DNA from: Camelus dromedarius
Taxonomy: Eukaryota
Assembly (NCBI RefSeq): GCF_036321535.1
Contig: NC_087437.1
Coordinates: 62,064,001-62,128,000, forward strand
Length of the DNA stretch: 64,000 nucleotides
Direction of reading: 5' to 3'
The translations under genes and the position numbers were made by a program. Under the pieces are notes generated by a model, which saw nothing but the letters and a program-made list of their open reading frames with translations, searched no databases and was not told the DNA's origin. The first letter of the stretch is position 1. Each line of letters begins with the position of its first letter. Shown in pieces: positions 12,409 through 26,609 of the stretch.

Positions 12409-13789
12409 ATAAGCTGGATATTATTACTACCACTTATTAACAGATGAGGAAAAGATTATGATAATGGCATCAAGAATCAAGTATATACTGCTCTGTACTA
12501 TAGTTGATGCCTTACATATATAATCTCTTTTAACTCTACAAAAAATGTGAGAATTATTCCCTCCATTTTGCAGGTGAATACAGTTCCAAATGATTAAATT
12601 TTAGTTGTTTAGCCTCACATTGTTAATATTACTCTTTGGAATTAGATTGTGTTTCTTTAAATTCCAAGCCTGCACTTTTTTTGTTTTTCCATACTACTGA
12701 AGCCAAGTTCACCCAATAATAATTATAAGAGATAGGATTGAAACTCAAGTCTTATGCTTCATCTGAATATTGTTGACTTTTTCTCCACTTTATCTTTTAA
12801 GTTATTTTCTTTCTCTTTAGCAGTAGGTGTTCCAGAACCGCTAGAAATTCTTTCCACATTTTGGCAGCAAACTACAATTTATATAAGGAAAAATGAAATA
12901 CATTTGTGCAAAAATCATTTTAAAATAAGTTTGAATAATTTAGATTTATTAAGTAGCAGTTAATGGAAATAACACTGGACTAAGAGATTTAAAATCTTGA
13001 TTTAAGTCCTAGTGTTGAAATCTTAATAGCTTGAGTAAGACACTTCCCTGAAATTTTGTTTATTTATTGGTAACATGAGGGTAAAAAATAATTCACAGAT
13101 CACAGTAATTAGGATCTCAGTTGCTGGATTTGGAAGACTTAGGTTTAAATTTTGGTGTCCCTTCTTAATTAATGGGATTTTAGGCAAATAACCTTTCTCA
13201 GCCTCTGTTTTCTTATTTTTAAATAAATAAGAGATGAAAATGCTAAGCTCTTAGTCTTACTGTAGGATTAAATGCAATAGATTATAGAGGATAGAGACCA
13301 TGTGTACCACCCCCTCAACCATTGTCTCCTTAACATCCAGGACAGTGCCTGGCACATGGTAAATGTTAGATAAATCTTAGTTACTATGCTAAGGAGGAAG
13401 AATCACAAATTTGTGGAGCACAATATAAATGCCGCATTTCTAAAAAACAGATTTATTGAGGTATACTTGATATACCAAAAAACCCTGCACATATTTAATG
13501 TATATAATTTGTAAGTTTGGGATGCCAAAAATTTTTGTAGTTAGAAGAATTAAAGTACAGAATAGTTTTTAAAAACTTTTTGAGTTTATTAAATTAATTA
13601 ATTAATTAATTTTTTTTACTTGTCGTATGAGTTGAGGTTTCTCTTTTGACTCCTTTATTGTGGTATAGTTCCTGTACAGTAAACTACACGTATTTCATGT
13701 ACAACTTGAATTTTGATAGATGTATACACCAGTGAAACCACTATGACACTCTAGATAGCTAACATTTCCATCACTCCCCACAAGGTGCA

Positions 13790-14820
13790 ATTTTCCAATT
13801 CCCAATTTATCCCTTCCCACCCCCTTTACCCCCTGGTAACCATAAGTTTGCTCTCTATGCCCCTGAGTGTGTTTCTGTTTTGTAGATAAGTTTGTTTGTG
13901 TCCTTTTTTTAAGATTCCACGTATAAGCAATATCATATGGCATTTTTCTTTCTCTTCCTGACTTACTTCACTTTAGAATGACAATCTTCAGTTCCATCCA
14001 TGCTGCTGCAAATGGCATTATTTTTTTCTTTCATATGACTGAGTGGTATTCCATTGTGTGTGTGTTTGTGTATGTGTATATATGTGTACACACAACCCCA
14101 CATCTTCTTTATCCAGTTGTCTGTCAATGGACATTTGGGTTGTTTCCATGTCTTGGCTACTGTAAATAGTGCTGCTGTGAACACTGAGGTACATGTGTCT
14201 TTTTGAATTAGAGTTTTCTCTGGATAAATGCCCAGAAGTGGGGTTGCTGGATCATATGGTAAGTCTATTTTTAGTTTTTTGAGGAATCTCCATACTGTCC
14301 CCCGTAGTGGCTGCACCAATTTACATTCCCACCAATAGTGTAGGAGGGTTCCTTTTTCTCCACACCCTCTGCAGCATTTATTGTTTGTGAATTTTTTAAT
14401 GATGGCCATTCTGACTGGTGTGAGGTGATACCTCATTGTAGTTTTGATTTGCATTTCTCTGACAATTAGTTATGTCGAGCATCTTTTCATGTGCTTGTTG
14501 ACCACCTGGATGTGTTCTTTGGAGAGATATCTATTTAGGTCTCCTGCTCATTTTTTGACTGGGTTGCTTGTTTGTTGTTATTTTTTTTTATATTAAGGGT
14601 ATGAGTTGTTTGTATATTTTGGAAATTAGTCCCTTTTCAGTCACATCATTTGCAAGTATTTTCTCCCATTCTCTTGGTTTTCTTTTCTTTTTGTTGATGG
14701 TGTCCTTAGCTGTGCAAAAACTTTTAAGTTTAATTAGATTCCATTTGTTTATTTTTGCTTTTATTTCCATTACTCCAGGAGCTGGTTTGAAAAAAATATT
14801 GTTGTGATTTTTGTCCAAGG
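13790..14820 (-). mobile_element. L1 ORF2 C-terminus plus 3'UTR
   Basis: Minus-strand ORFs 13963-14454 ([21 protein letters not shown]...[10 protein letters not shown]) and 14588-14818 ([14 protein letters not shown]). Confidence 0.95.
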
Positions 14821-14821
14821 G

Positions 14822-15985
14822 TGGAGATAATTTTAGACTTATAAAAAAGTTGCAGAAAAAGTACCGAGTTCACATAAACTCATTACCCAGCTTTCTCTAA
14901 TATCAAAGCTTATACGGCCATAGTACAGTTATCAAAACGAGGAACTTAATTTTGGTAAAAAACTACTAAGTAAACTACAGACCTTAGTTGAGTTTCGTCT
15001 GTTTTCCCCCTAATGTCTCTCTTCTATTTCAGGATTCAATTCAGGATCCCACGTTGCATTTAGTTGTTGTATCTGAGTCTCCTCGGTTCCATGACAGTTG
15101 TTCAGTCTGTCCTTATCTTTTATGACCTTGATACTTGTTGTTGATTATTGGTCAGTTATTTTGTAGAATATCTCTTAATTTGAGTTTGCCTGATATTTTC
15201 TTATGATTAGATTGAAGCTCTGCATTTTTTGACAAATTCTGCAGAAGAGTTTCCAGTGCATCATGTTGGGGAGTACAGAATGTGGATGTGTCTTATTACT
15301 GGTAATACATAATCTCAATCCTTTGTTAAGATGATATCTGCCAGTTCTCCCCACTGTAAAGTTACTTTTTTCTCCTTTGTAACTGCCACATATCTTGGAG
15401 GAAATACTTTAAGTCTGTTTAAATATCCTGTTTCTACTCAGATTTTTACCTACCTATTTTAACATTCATTTGTGAATCCTGCTTATTAATGTAGTGTCTG
15501 CCTAAATGTGAATTTGTATTTTCCTCATTCCTTCTATATTTATGTTAATTGTAGTTGTCCCTTCGCCCCATTTAAAAAAGTATTTCAGTTTATATCAGAA
15601 TACATATTTGGTTTTTTCTGTAAGTTGTCATCCAGGTCTGTCATCTGTTTTGTTGCTCAAATTGTTTCAGCTTTGCCCATTAAGAGGTCTTTTCAGACAG
15701 GCTGTTGTGTCCTTTTGACATGCACTGATCCTTTTTTTAGCTCTCTAACTTCTGGCACCACAAGATGTTCCAGGGTCATCTTATATTTTACCCTGCCCCA
15801 GCTTTGGAATCAGTTGCTTCTTCAAGGGGCCCCAATTCCTTTTATTTGGATAATGGTATTTAGAAACCAAGTTTTGGATGCTAGATGTGTTAGACATGAT
15901 TGCTTCTTCAAGATCTCAGGAGACAGATCTAAGAAATACATGTATGTCTGCTAACTCACACATGCACACACATCTATACTATACT
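14822..15985 (-). mobile_element. L1MC-type 3'UTR fragment
   Basis: CAGGATCCCACGTTGCATTTAGTTGT and TGGCACCACAAGATGTTCCAGG motifs. Confidence 0.72.
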
Positions 15986-16070
15986 GTTCTTTATGTTGGT
16001 CAGGCCCAGGCATCTGTATTGAAAGAGATTGAATGGAGAAGAGGAAGGGAATGTAAAATACACTTAAGAT

Positions 16071-17337
16071 CAGTGGTTCTCAAAATTTCTGGTCTCTTAA
16101 ATATATTGAGGAGTCCCAACAGTTCTTGCTTCTGTTGGTTATATATATATATATATATCAGTATTTACCGTATTAGGAATTAAAACTGAAATTTTAAATT
16201 TTATTAATTTATAAATAACAGATCTCATTACATGTTAACATATGACATATTTTTAATGAAATATAACCTTATTTTATAAAATAAAAGTTTTTATGAGAAT
16301 TTGTTTTACAATTTTACAATTTTGTTTATTGTATAGCTTGTTATAAATTAACTGGATTCTCATATTTGCTAATACGTTTAGTCTGTGGTGACATCGCATG
16401 TTCATTAGCTTCTGGAAAATGTCACTATATACTCGTAAAAGGAAAGTGAAAAAAACAGGTATTAAAATGAAAGGTTTTTTTTAAATTTTATTTTATTGAG
16501 TTATAGTCATTTTATAATGTTGTGTCAATTTCCAGTGTACAACACAATTTTTCAGTCATACATGAACATACATATATTCATTGTTACATTCTTTTTCGCC
16601 GTGAGCTACCACAAGATCTTGTATATATTTCCCTGTGCTATACAGTATAAACTTGTTTATCTGTTCTACATATACCTGTCAGTATCTACAAATTTCGAAC
16701 TCCCAGTCTGTCCCTTCCCACCCCTCTCCCTCCTGGCAACCACAAGTTTGTATTCTGTGTCTATGAGTCTGTTTCTGTTTTAAATTTAAGTTTATTTGTT
16801 GTCTTTTTTTTTTTTTTTTTTTTAAGATTCCACATATGAGCAATATCATATGGTATTTTTCTTTCTCTTTCTGGCTTACTTCACTTAGAATGACATTCTC
16901 CAGGGACATCCATGTGGCTGCAAATGGCATTATGTTGTTGGTTTTTATGGCTGAATAGTATTCCATTGTATAAATATACCACATCTTGTTTATCCAGTCA
17001 TCTGTTGATGGACTTTTAGGCTGTTTCCATGTCTTGGCTATTGTAAATAGTGCTTCTGTGAACACTGGGGTGCAGGTGTCTTTTTGAAGTAGGGTTCCTT
17101 CTGGATATATGCCCAGGAGTGGGATTGCTGGGTCATATGGTAAGTCTATTCCTAGTCTTTTGAGGAATCTCCATACTGTTTCCCACAATGGCTGCACCAA
17201 ACTGCATTCCCACCAACAGGGTAGGAGGGTTCCCTTTAAAATGAAAGTATTTTTGATCTCATGGACCACCCTACCCAAAAGAGTGTCAGGGATCTTCAGA
17301 AGTTCCTGGACCACACTTGTTCCTCACAGAACCACTG
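16071..17337 (+). mobile_element. Non-autonomous hAT-Charlie element split by an L1
   Basis: Terminal inverted repeats CAGTGGTTCT (16071-16080) and AGAACCACTG (17328-17337). Confidence 0.75.
16474..17235 (-). mobile_element. Young 5'-truncated L1 with an open ORF2 C-terminal frame
   Basis: TSD TTAAAATGAAAG at 16462-16473 and 17236-17247; minus-strand ORF contains [22 protein letters not shown]...YHMILLICGI without interruption. Confidence 0.95.
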
Positions 17338-17903
17338 AGAGAGATTTACCGAAATTCTTTACTGAAAATAAAAGTACGAATACAGTAGGATGGACCCAGA
17401 AGAACGGCTGTGAGGAACAGGAGAGAACTTAAATCACGATGCTATAGAAGTTAATAGAATTTCCAGGTAAGATGGGTAGGATGGGGTGGTCAGCACGGTT
17501 TCAGGCAGGTTTACTTGATTTGATCACTTCATCTTATAATTATCTAATTTAAAGATGCTGATATAGCAACCAAAATGCAGATTTATAATGAGAAATATTA
17601 TAGGGGAGTAGACTAGAATGTTTGTTGTGAACTGTGGGTCCCTGAATCTTTTCATAATCAAAAGATAGTTGTAGACTTTCTCAAACTCTGACAGATATAG
17701 CTGCTTTCAAAATTTTGCATGCAATCGTGGGTCAGGCAGAAGGCAGGGTTCTGGGTCATAATTCACACAAAGGCCAGTCCATTGATGTGGTGCTTCTCCT
17801 CCCTGTCCTATTCTGTGTCTTGGTGAGCTTGGAATTAGAGATCTTCCTGTTGACTGGTTATATCCACCTGTTCTTGGCAAAACCATCCTGGGCATAAACA
17901 GAT

Positions 17904-17906
<3 letters not shown>

Positions 17907-17940
<34 letters not shown>
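17907..17940. repeat. (CA)17 microsatellite
   Basis: Perfect dinucleotide run, read directly. Confidence 0.98.
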
Positions 17941-17941
<1 letters not shown>

Positions 17942-20900
17942 TCTTGGTATTAAATTTCTCCTTTTCTGGACTTAATGAACAGTCTCAAATATTGTTAACA
18001 TTCTTCATTTAGGCAGCATGTTTGCAGTACAGGTAATTGTTTTATATTTTTCTTTTTACATGTAAACATTTGTTATACTTCTGGTCATTTTGATTCAGTT
18101 TGTTTCCTAGGCAATATTTTGAAACAATTTCCTTCTAGCAATAGTTAAATATATTTTTTATATGACTGTGTACTATTTTACTCTCAGAATAAACCATTTC
18201 TTTAGATTTGGAGGCAGTTATTTTGTATGTATACTTACTACAGATTATTTCGAAAAGTTTAGCCATAAGAAGAAGGAAGCTATTGGAAAAATTTTGGTCC
18301 ACGAGAATTTATTTCATAGGGTAAATTTCAGTGTGCTTTTAGGCAGAGAAGGTATAGTTGGTGAAGTAAGGGAGATTGTTTTAGAGAGGCAGTGAAGCTG
18401 CAGAGCCTTGGAGATGGGTAGGAATGGAGTCAGTAACAGTATAGAGGAAAGCACAAAGCTGCTTTCTTTTTACTCAAATGGGTAGGACGATGAATGAGAA
18501 TACCAAAACTTGAAAATTGAAAGGAACACATGGCTCCAGAAACGGAGAGCAGAGGTGGTAAGGACAGATAACTTCTGCCAAGTAACCTAGGTCTTTTCTG
18601 TGAAGTAGACCGTGTAGAATCTTGAAAGCTGAGCTGGGGAGTGTATAATTGATATCATGGGCAACAAAGAGCTTATTGTTTATTCCTTACTGGGGAAATG
18701 GCAAGAAAACAGTTGTGTATTTATTTGTGGAAGAGTACATTGGTAGATGATAATGCCCTAAAGCATCAAGGTTGAAAAGGTTAACTGGAATAAAATGGAT
18801 ATGGATGTAGGATATTGAGAATGAAGAGAAAGAAGAGTTCAAAATGATTGTCAGGAGTCACCTTGTTGTTTGGGAGTGAAGGGTAGACCAAAATTTGCAA
18901 ACCACGTGAAATATCTATCGTATACTATGTCTGGCAACATTATTTTAGGTCCCTTTACATTTGTTACTTCACATATTAACATTATTGAGTCTGGAAGAAA
19001 GTAGTTGGGAAGAGTAGCAGGTTTGGAAGGAAAAAAATAAAAGGGGGATATATGTGATAAACCTGCAGCTCTAATTAAGTCTCTTGTTTCATCCATGAAG
19101 CCTTTTGCAGTTCAAATCTCACTAATTTCTCTGATTCTTGCCCTTATTCCCTGTACCATTCATTTAGGGTGAGCCTCATATGTGCCATTTTATTAGTTTA
19201 TTAGTGTTACTAGTTTTTTTTTTTTAATGTGTCAAAATTTCCCATCTGCATTTTAAGACCTTTGGAAAGGAGATTTTATATTTAGAATGTTCTCAGTATC
19301 TGGTGTTATCCTCTGTCTATAGTACAATCTCAGGAAATTTAAAACTTTTGTTGTATTATTTTAAACTGAATAATTTATGGGAAATACCAAAGAAGAATAT
19401 CTTACTTTCAGATATCAAGATAAGATACAGGTACATGAAATAGTTAAATACAAAAGTAGGATAGTTTGTTTATTTTGGGACCAGACATGAAAAAAGTCTT
19501 GAAAAAGGAAAAGAGTCATTCTGGATTCTGGGCTTGAGTTACTAGTGATTAGAATCAAGGGAAGGATTTTTTCATTTTGGAGAGACATCTTTATGTTTAA
19601 GGTTGAGAAAATGAAGAGAGAGTGATCAAAAATGAGAAAAGCCTCACAATAATTAAGAAATGCGTATCTTAGAAGTAGCGAGAAAGAATCAGCTTGGGCA
19701 GTGGCAGGGAGTGAGGAAGCATGAGCTCTACCTCTTGAAAGAATTTTGGGGAAGAAGTTAGATGAATATAGAAGGTAGATGCATGACTTGGGAGTCATGC
19801 CTAATGGCTTCCTTAATCTCAAAGTGGGAGGCTGAGAGAGCTTTTGTCAGTGGATGAGCCAGGGTCTTAGAGTTTCAGGTGGAGAAATGTCTGAGTTTAG
19901 TCAAATCTTATGAAAGAAGGATGGATAGGGTAGTTGACAGTGTTGATGGTATTTCTGGTTTGGTAGTGAGGACAGCATTGAAATTGAGGCTCTCAAATGT
20001 AGGTAGGAGGTTGCACATGGGACTAGATTGAATGGCAAAGCTTAAACGATGGGAAAGCAACCAGAGGTTTTGTTTTTGTTTTTTAAAAATCTAACATATT
20101 TCCTAGCCTATTAGTTTTCTTGATGTTCTAATGAATATGTTTCAAAAATCCAGCAAACCCGTCTTTTCAAGTATCACACATCTGCAGATGCCTGCTTTGA
20201 TTAATTATACTTTGGTTTATTTTAGGTGAAAAGTAACACTGAGAACTTGATTTTTTTTTTAAAGGTAGTTCTCAAAGAAAAAGTAGACAACTTACGGATA
20301 AATTATTGTCTCTTTTGCCATGCTTAAGAAGTTTTCATGTTTTTCTAGACTATTGTACTTTTCCTTTGGTCAGAGATTCTTATCCCAAACTTTTTGCATC
20401 TCTTTCTTTCTAGCTGCCTTATCATTTTCATACCCATCTCTTTCCAACATCTTTTCTAAGCATCTTAGACTGGACCACACTGGACCATGTGTGGGTATAA
20501 GTAGAGATTACTTTATCCCATTTTTGAATGATAAGCCTGTTGGAGCATTCTAAAAATGTAACTTGCTGTATGCTTATTGGCATTCATAAGGCTTTGATCT
20601 GTTGATATAGGTTTGGGTCTGTGCTTTTATAATGGTAAAAGTGTGCCTCATATTTGAGAATGCTAGTACCAGTATGATCACTTTCCATATATGTGGAAAT
20701 GACTGAAAGTTTTAGATATATGTATTAATCTTTTCACTGTTTGCACGTGAAGGCTTTTCCTTGGTTTGTGAATAGCTGCTAATTACAGAACTGATTTGTG
20801 AATGTGTCTTAAACTCTACTCAACACTTTTGCTTAAAAAATGTTCCTCTCTTTCTTATGGCTGCATGCTATATTTTCACGGTTTCTTTGTAATTTATAAG

Positions 20901-21466
20901 CTGACAGAAGTGTTGGAACTACTTTTTGGTGCCTCTGCAAAACAGGACAGAGCAATTCAACAGCTGCTTAGTCTGTTGTCATTTCTCCTTATTCATACCC
21001 AGTCTTAAATAGTTGTATTTCAGTAAACAGCATGTCAGAGATGGTACCACGTCTGTATTCCAGAGCCTTGTGGAGGTGACTGCTGTTCTATTTTATGTTT
21101 CAAATAACGATACCAAAAGAAGCCATAAGAACGGTCACTAGGACTATTCTATAACCTGACAGAAAGAATTGTTAGGTAAATAATCATTTACAGTCATGTT
21201 TTTGTGCCCAGGTTCTCTTTGATTTGCACTTCTCGCTGCTGCCCACATTTCAGGAATTTATGAAAATTTACCAGTTCTTTGTCAGTCTGAAATTCCTGGC
21301 TTATGTTGCATTTTTCTCATGAACATCTCTACACAGCTCTGTCTTCCAACTTTACACTGTGCATCTGTCAGATGTTTATACTCTTTTGGACCATTTTTTT
21401 TAAGAGTAGTTTTTGAAAATGTAACCATTAGCACATTGTACTTTCTGGACCATTATCAAGATTTTT

Positions 21467-21610
21467 TTTTTTAAAGCTTATAAACAACAGAAATTTATTT
21501 CTCGCAGTTCATGAGGCTGGAAATCTGTGATCAGGGTGCCAGCATGGTTGGGTAAGGGTCCTCTTCCAGGTTGCAGACTTCTCATTGTGTCATCATGTGG
21601 TGGAAGGGTC
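21467..21610 (-). mobile_element. MLT1A-like (ERVL-MaLR) LTR fragment
   Basis: GCTTATAAACAACAGAAATTTATTTCTC...GAGGCTGGAAA...GATCAGGGTGCCAGCATGGTTGGGT matches MLT1A-family LTRs. Confidence 0.8.
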
Positions 21611-22551
21611 CAGGATTTTTAATGTAGTTCATAGCCTGTTGAGTTGAAAGTTTCTTAGCTTTAAGATACTTATGTTTTCATTTCAGAAATAGATTGAAAA
21701 TGTAGCAGTGAGGAGTGGATGACTGTGCACCATCGATTCTGATGAGAATTGATGTTATCATTAGTGATTATAGAACCTCTGTATATTTTTTCAGGACAAG
21801 CAACTCCTTACATCTGTGAGAACTGAGATCTAAAGATGAGATAACACTGTTGACATCTTAATGTTTCTTGTAGGATTTCTCTACTTATTATGTAGTTAGA
21901 ATCATGTCTTGTATATAGCAGCAGCCTAAAACCATACGCAATTTTATAAACACATGTGTGTTGATGATTTATTGTAGAGGCCAGGAAAATACTGGCTAAG
22001 ATATTGCCAGAAATAATTGAACTTAACAATGATTAAATATCATTGCTAGTTTATTTCATCTTTTTTGATGAGATTACCTTTTAGAATTTTGTGTTGTTTT
22101 TGTGGTATTTTGTAAATTGAGAGAAAACTCATCATGAAGTCTAAATACCCTTTTTATCTCCAAGTATTTTATTGATTTTTGGAATTTAACCTTTTTTGTG
22201 TGCTTTTAACTTTTGTATCAGTTTCCTTAAATGGGAGAGTGAAATTGTCCTTGCTTCTACTTTATTCCGCTGGGTCATATTATCTTTTCCCAGAACATCC
22301 TTAGCCTTTTTTTTCTAGATAAATTTTTGTAAAATCCTAGTTTGTTGCCTCAATTTATATGCTGTTGATTCTTATTTTTCAATTGCCTGTTAATTTATTC
22401 TTCAATGCACACATTTACTTATACACACATACATAAATAATCATTCTGGGAGCACCGATATATAGGTTTAGCACAGGATTAAATTAAACATGTAGTGGCT
22501 TTTTGTCACAATGGACTTTTGTTTATTTCTAAAATTGGCTTTTTTTTTTAA

Positions 22552-22743
<192 letters not shown>

Positions 22744-23488
22744 TAGGCTGGACCTTTAGGCAGACATAAGTCTCACGTGGCTTAGTAAAGTTGGAATGTT
22801 ACGTCAGCTTCACCTGGAGGAAGGAAGGGATGCATGCCTGTACGGAGGTGGTGGGCCATTGCTTTAAATTTTTCCACTTCTCTTTCACCGTGTCTTTTTT
22901 TTAAAAACAAACTTTTCTTAGCCCATCTCTCTTTTCTTTAAGAACTAACAGGTGGTATTCAGTGCCCTTGCTTCTCATTCATAGTAGTTTTACATATTTT
23001 AATATTATGGTTTCAGGAAAATTCTGTACCAGTTACTTATCAGGAAAAGATACCTGTGCTAGAGTAGAATGTAAGCTTGATGAGGGTAGGGACTTCATTT
23101 TATTCACAGCTGTATCCCAAGAGCCTGGAATAGCAGGCATGGAATAACAGACCCTCAATAAATACTATGGGTGAATGACTGGATTAGTAAAAAAACAAGT
23201 GACCCACAAATACTGTTAGGAATTAGTTGCTTTTTTTCCTCTTCAGTACAGTAGTAGTTGACTATATGTAGCGTTTTGGTATTCCTAGGAAGTCTCTGAA
23301 CTCTGTGTAATGTATTTACGTCTTTATAGTTATTTTTCTCTTTTGTTTTCTTCCCTCATATAGTGAAGAAGTCTTTTTAAAAAGATCACTTAGCATGACT
23401 TTTTTATTTTGAGGGCTACTTGTTTTTGCTTTTGTGATTTAAATCATCATCACTAGCATTATTTATATATTTTGTATTACTTTTGGAC

Positions 23489-23687
23489 TTAGTGGTGTGC
23501 TGAACCCAGTTTGTGCTAGCTTGCCAGAGCCAATTGGTAAGTTTTCAGGAATTTTACAAGCTGGTACTAAATCAAACCATTGGTAGCTTAAAATTAGCCA
23601 TGGTGAGAATATTTAAACCATGGAAATCAGCAACCCTACCCTCTGACTCTTTAAACTCTTGTTAAACATTTACCAGCATACCACTGC
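23489..23687 (+). mobile_element. MER63A-like hAT-Blackjack MITE
   Basis: TIRs AGTGGTGTGCTG / CAGCATACCACT; 8-bp flanks TTTTGGAC and TTTTGGAA. Confidence 0.82.
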
Positions 23688-26573
23688 TTTTGGAATATAT
23701 AAGGATGGCTTCTATAGAAAATTTTGAAAAACTAAAATAACCCATAATCACATTTCCTAGAGGTAAATACCTTAATTTTCTGCCATATTCCCTTCTGTCT
23801 TCAAATTTGTATAGGTAGATTGAATTTCTCAATTTGTAACTTAAAGTATGTATAAGTTGCTTTTAATGTTACTGAAGATTTTTTTTTCATATTTTATTAG
23901 CTGCATAATGTATTTTTTTTTGACTATCACATTATATTCAATGATTGCTATGTTGTTGAAAATTTGTTTTCTCTTTGCCTTCATTTTAAATCATGCTTCA
24001 CTTAAAATATTTGTGTATGGGTCTTTATGCACTGCTGAATCAAAGGGCGTGAAGTTTTAAAAAGATTTCTTTAAATAAATAAATAATATGATAAAAGGTT
24101 TCTTGATAATGTTACTCCTTCCAGAAGTGTTGTATCAATTACATTGCTACCTGCAGTGGTTCTAAGATGGTGCTGTCCATACTCTAACCAGCTTTGAGTA
24201 TGAAACTTTGCTTTTTTGTAGCTTAAGATTGGTATCTCATCATAGTTTAAATTTAATTTCTTTGGTTATTGATCGTACTAAGACTTGTTTTTTGTCATAA
24301 TTACTGACATTTTATATTTCATGTTTTGTGCAATCCCTTTATCCACCTCCCCCTCCCTCCTTCCATTCTTCCCTTTCTTTTCTTGGGGTTAATATCTTTC
24401 TCAGTGATACATATAATTAATAAATCAAGTTCTTTATATATAGAACAATACCAGGTTTTGAGGGAAATAACTTATAAAATTGTGATAAATGATATTTTGC
24501 ATTCACTGCTGGTCTGTGGGAAATCTATTACAAGTCTTTAAAAACAACATAATATATATATATATATATATATGTTGTATATTTTCCTTGGTATTTTATT
24601 GCCATGTTTTTCTGATACTATTCTTGAATGTAATGTATTCTAAAATTCTGACTGAAAGTCAGAGTATTATCTTCTAGTAGGATGTTATTTGGAATCTTTG
24701 TATGTTCTAGGTGTTTCTAAATATAGATCAGATTTTTACAGTTTGTCATTTTTGCTTGTCTAATTTGAGCTAGTTAAACTTATTTATAATGTATTATGAT
24801 ATTTCTAAGGGTATTATTTAAGTATTAATATATCTATCTAGTTGCTCGATGAAAGAGTTGGCCTATTCTAAGTATACTGTATATAAGAAAATGTGTTGGG
24901 GCAGTCTTTTTTAGGGAATTCTTAGGAAGGTGAAATGACTAGAAGTAATATATGGCAGACAGAGGTGTGAGAATAACAAAAACAAGTGGTTTTAAATTAT
25001 CCTGGCCTGTTACCTGTGAATTAGGAAATGTTTTCTACCACAGAAGGATTTTATGCAGATTGTTGAGATAACATTGTTGAAATCTAAGAATCCTTTTTAG
25101 TGAAATATAACGATACTATCTTAATCCAATATGATATGCATTTTATAGGTCTTTTCACACTCCTTAGTAATTCAATGGTATAGAGCAGGGTGCTTTTTAA
25201 TTACCTACTTCTCCTTATTCTGAAATGATCTCCTTTTTCATTCTCTCAGCAAATAATTGCCTGTTATATGCCAGATCTCTTATCAGGTGCTGAAAAAGGA
25301 ACTGGGTTTTTTGTTAATAACACTATAGGTGATCTGAGTAGAAATTAATTATTCAAGGTTATGCTGAACTCAAGAAGGAAGAGTATATTTCACAGATCAA
25401 ATAGATTATGAATTATATAGAGAATCCTTTCCCAGCAATTTATTATATACATCATTTATTTCCAGAAAAGATTCGTGATTTTGATATCAAAAAGATTCTA
25501 AATCGAATGATTCAAAATGAGGAAAACTTAATTAAAAAGGAGGAGAGAAATATAGTATAGCTGTTTGTCATACTTTCTCCTACATGCTAACTTCATGGTG
25601 GAAGGAGAGGCTTTAAGGTGAATAACTGATTATAAGACTGGGGATGGAAATATGAAACAGTACTTAAGAGAAAAATGAAGAAAATTAGTAAAAGAATGTG
25701 TTCGTATTTTATTTATCTCATTTCCCCAGGGAATTATGCATTCTGGGTAAATAACTTTTCCACAGAACCAAAACCTAACTTTAAAAAACATATGGATGTG
25801 TAATTCTTTCTTTTAAAAAGCATGACATACTTCTTTGCCTAGTATTCAGGAAATACGAGAGAAATAACCTTTCCTAAAGCTCAGAGTCATTATGCTGAAA
25901 ATCAGTTATCTGTATACCATGTTATATATACCATGCTTATGATACAGTAAATTTCATGTCCTGATGCTGAAAAGCTTGCCATTTAAAAATGAAATTTGCT
26001 AATATGTAAAATCAAGTATTGGGACAGTAAAAAATCATGAAGAATGGAAGAAAGTGACACTGTGAGAGTGGGGCATTAGCAATAACTATGATGGTTAAGA
26101 TACTGAAGTGGCTATTGCTCTGGGCTACTTATTTTGTTGTATGTCTTTGGGGTTGCACTGTATGTCCATTTCTAGTTGAATTTGGAGAGTGAAGGGAATT
26201 TTAGAAGATCTCACTCCCCACCCCAAGTTGCAATAAAACAACTCGTAATAGGTAAGAAATTTAAACTATCTCCTCTAAATTGTTTTTTGGGTTTCGGTGG
26301 TTTAAAAGTTGATTTTGATTGTCTTAAGAATGTGTGATAAAACTTGTAATCATTGGTTTAATATATACTTTAATAAATTCAGTAATACTAGTGTCTATGG
26401 TGTAAAATGGGGAAAATCATGTCTGCCTTTTAAGAGAGCAAAACTTTCTCACTGAAGGGTGTCAGGTTTCAGTTATCCGGTGGCAGTGATCCTTGAGGAG
26501 TCAAAAAATCTCTGAATTGAATAGGCAGAGCTTAGTGCTTGGCTGGATGAAAATTGGCATATTATTTAAATAA

Positions 26574-26609
26574 ATCTATATCTATCTATCTATCTATATA
26601 TCTATCTAT
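26574..26609. repeat. Imperfect (TCTA)n microsatellite
   Basis: Direct reading of TCTA/TATA units. Confidence 0.85.

Noticed and set aside
13963..14818. Functional L1 ORF2
   Set aside because: It is only a frameshifted, 5'-truncated C-terminal fragment.
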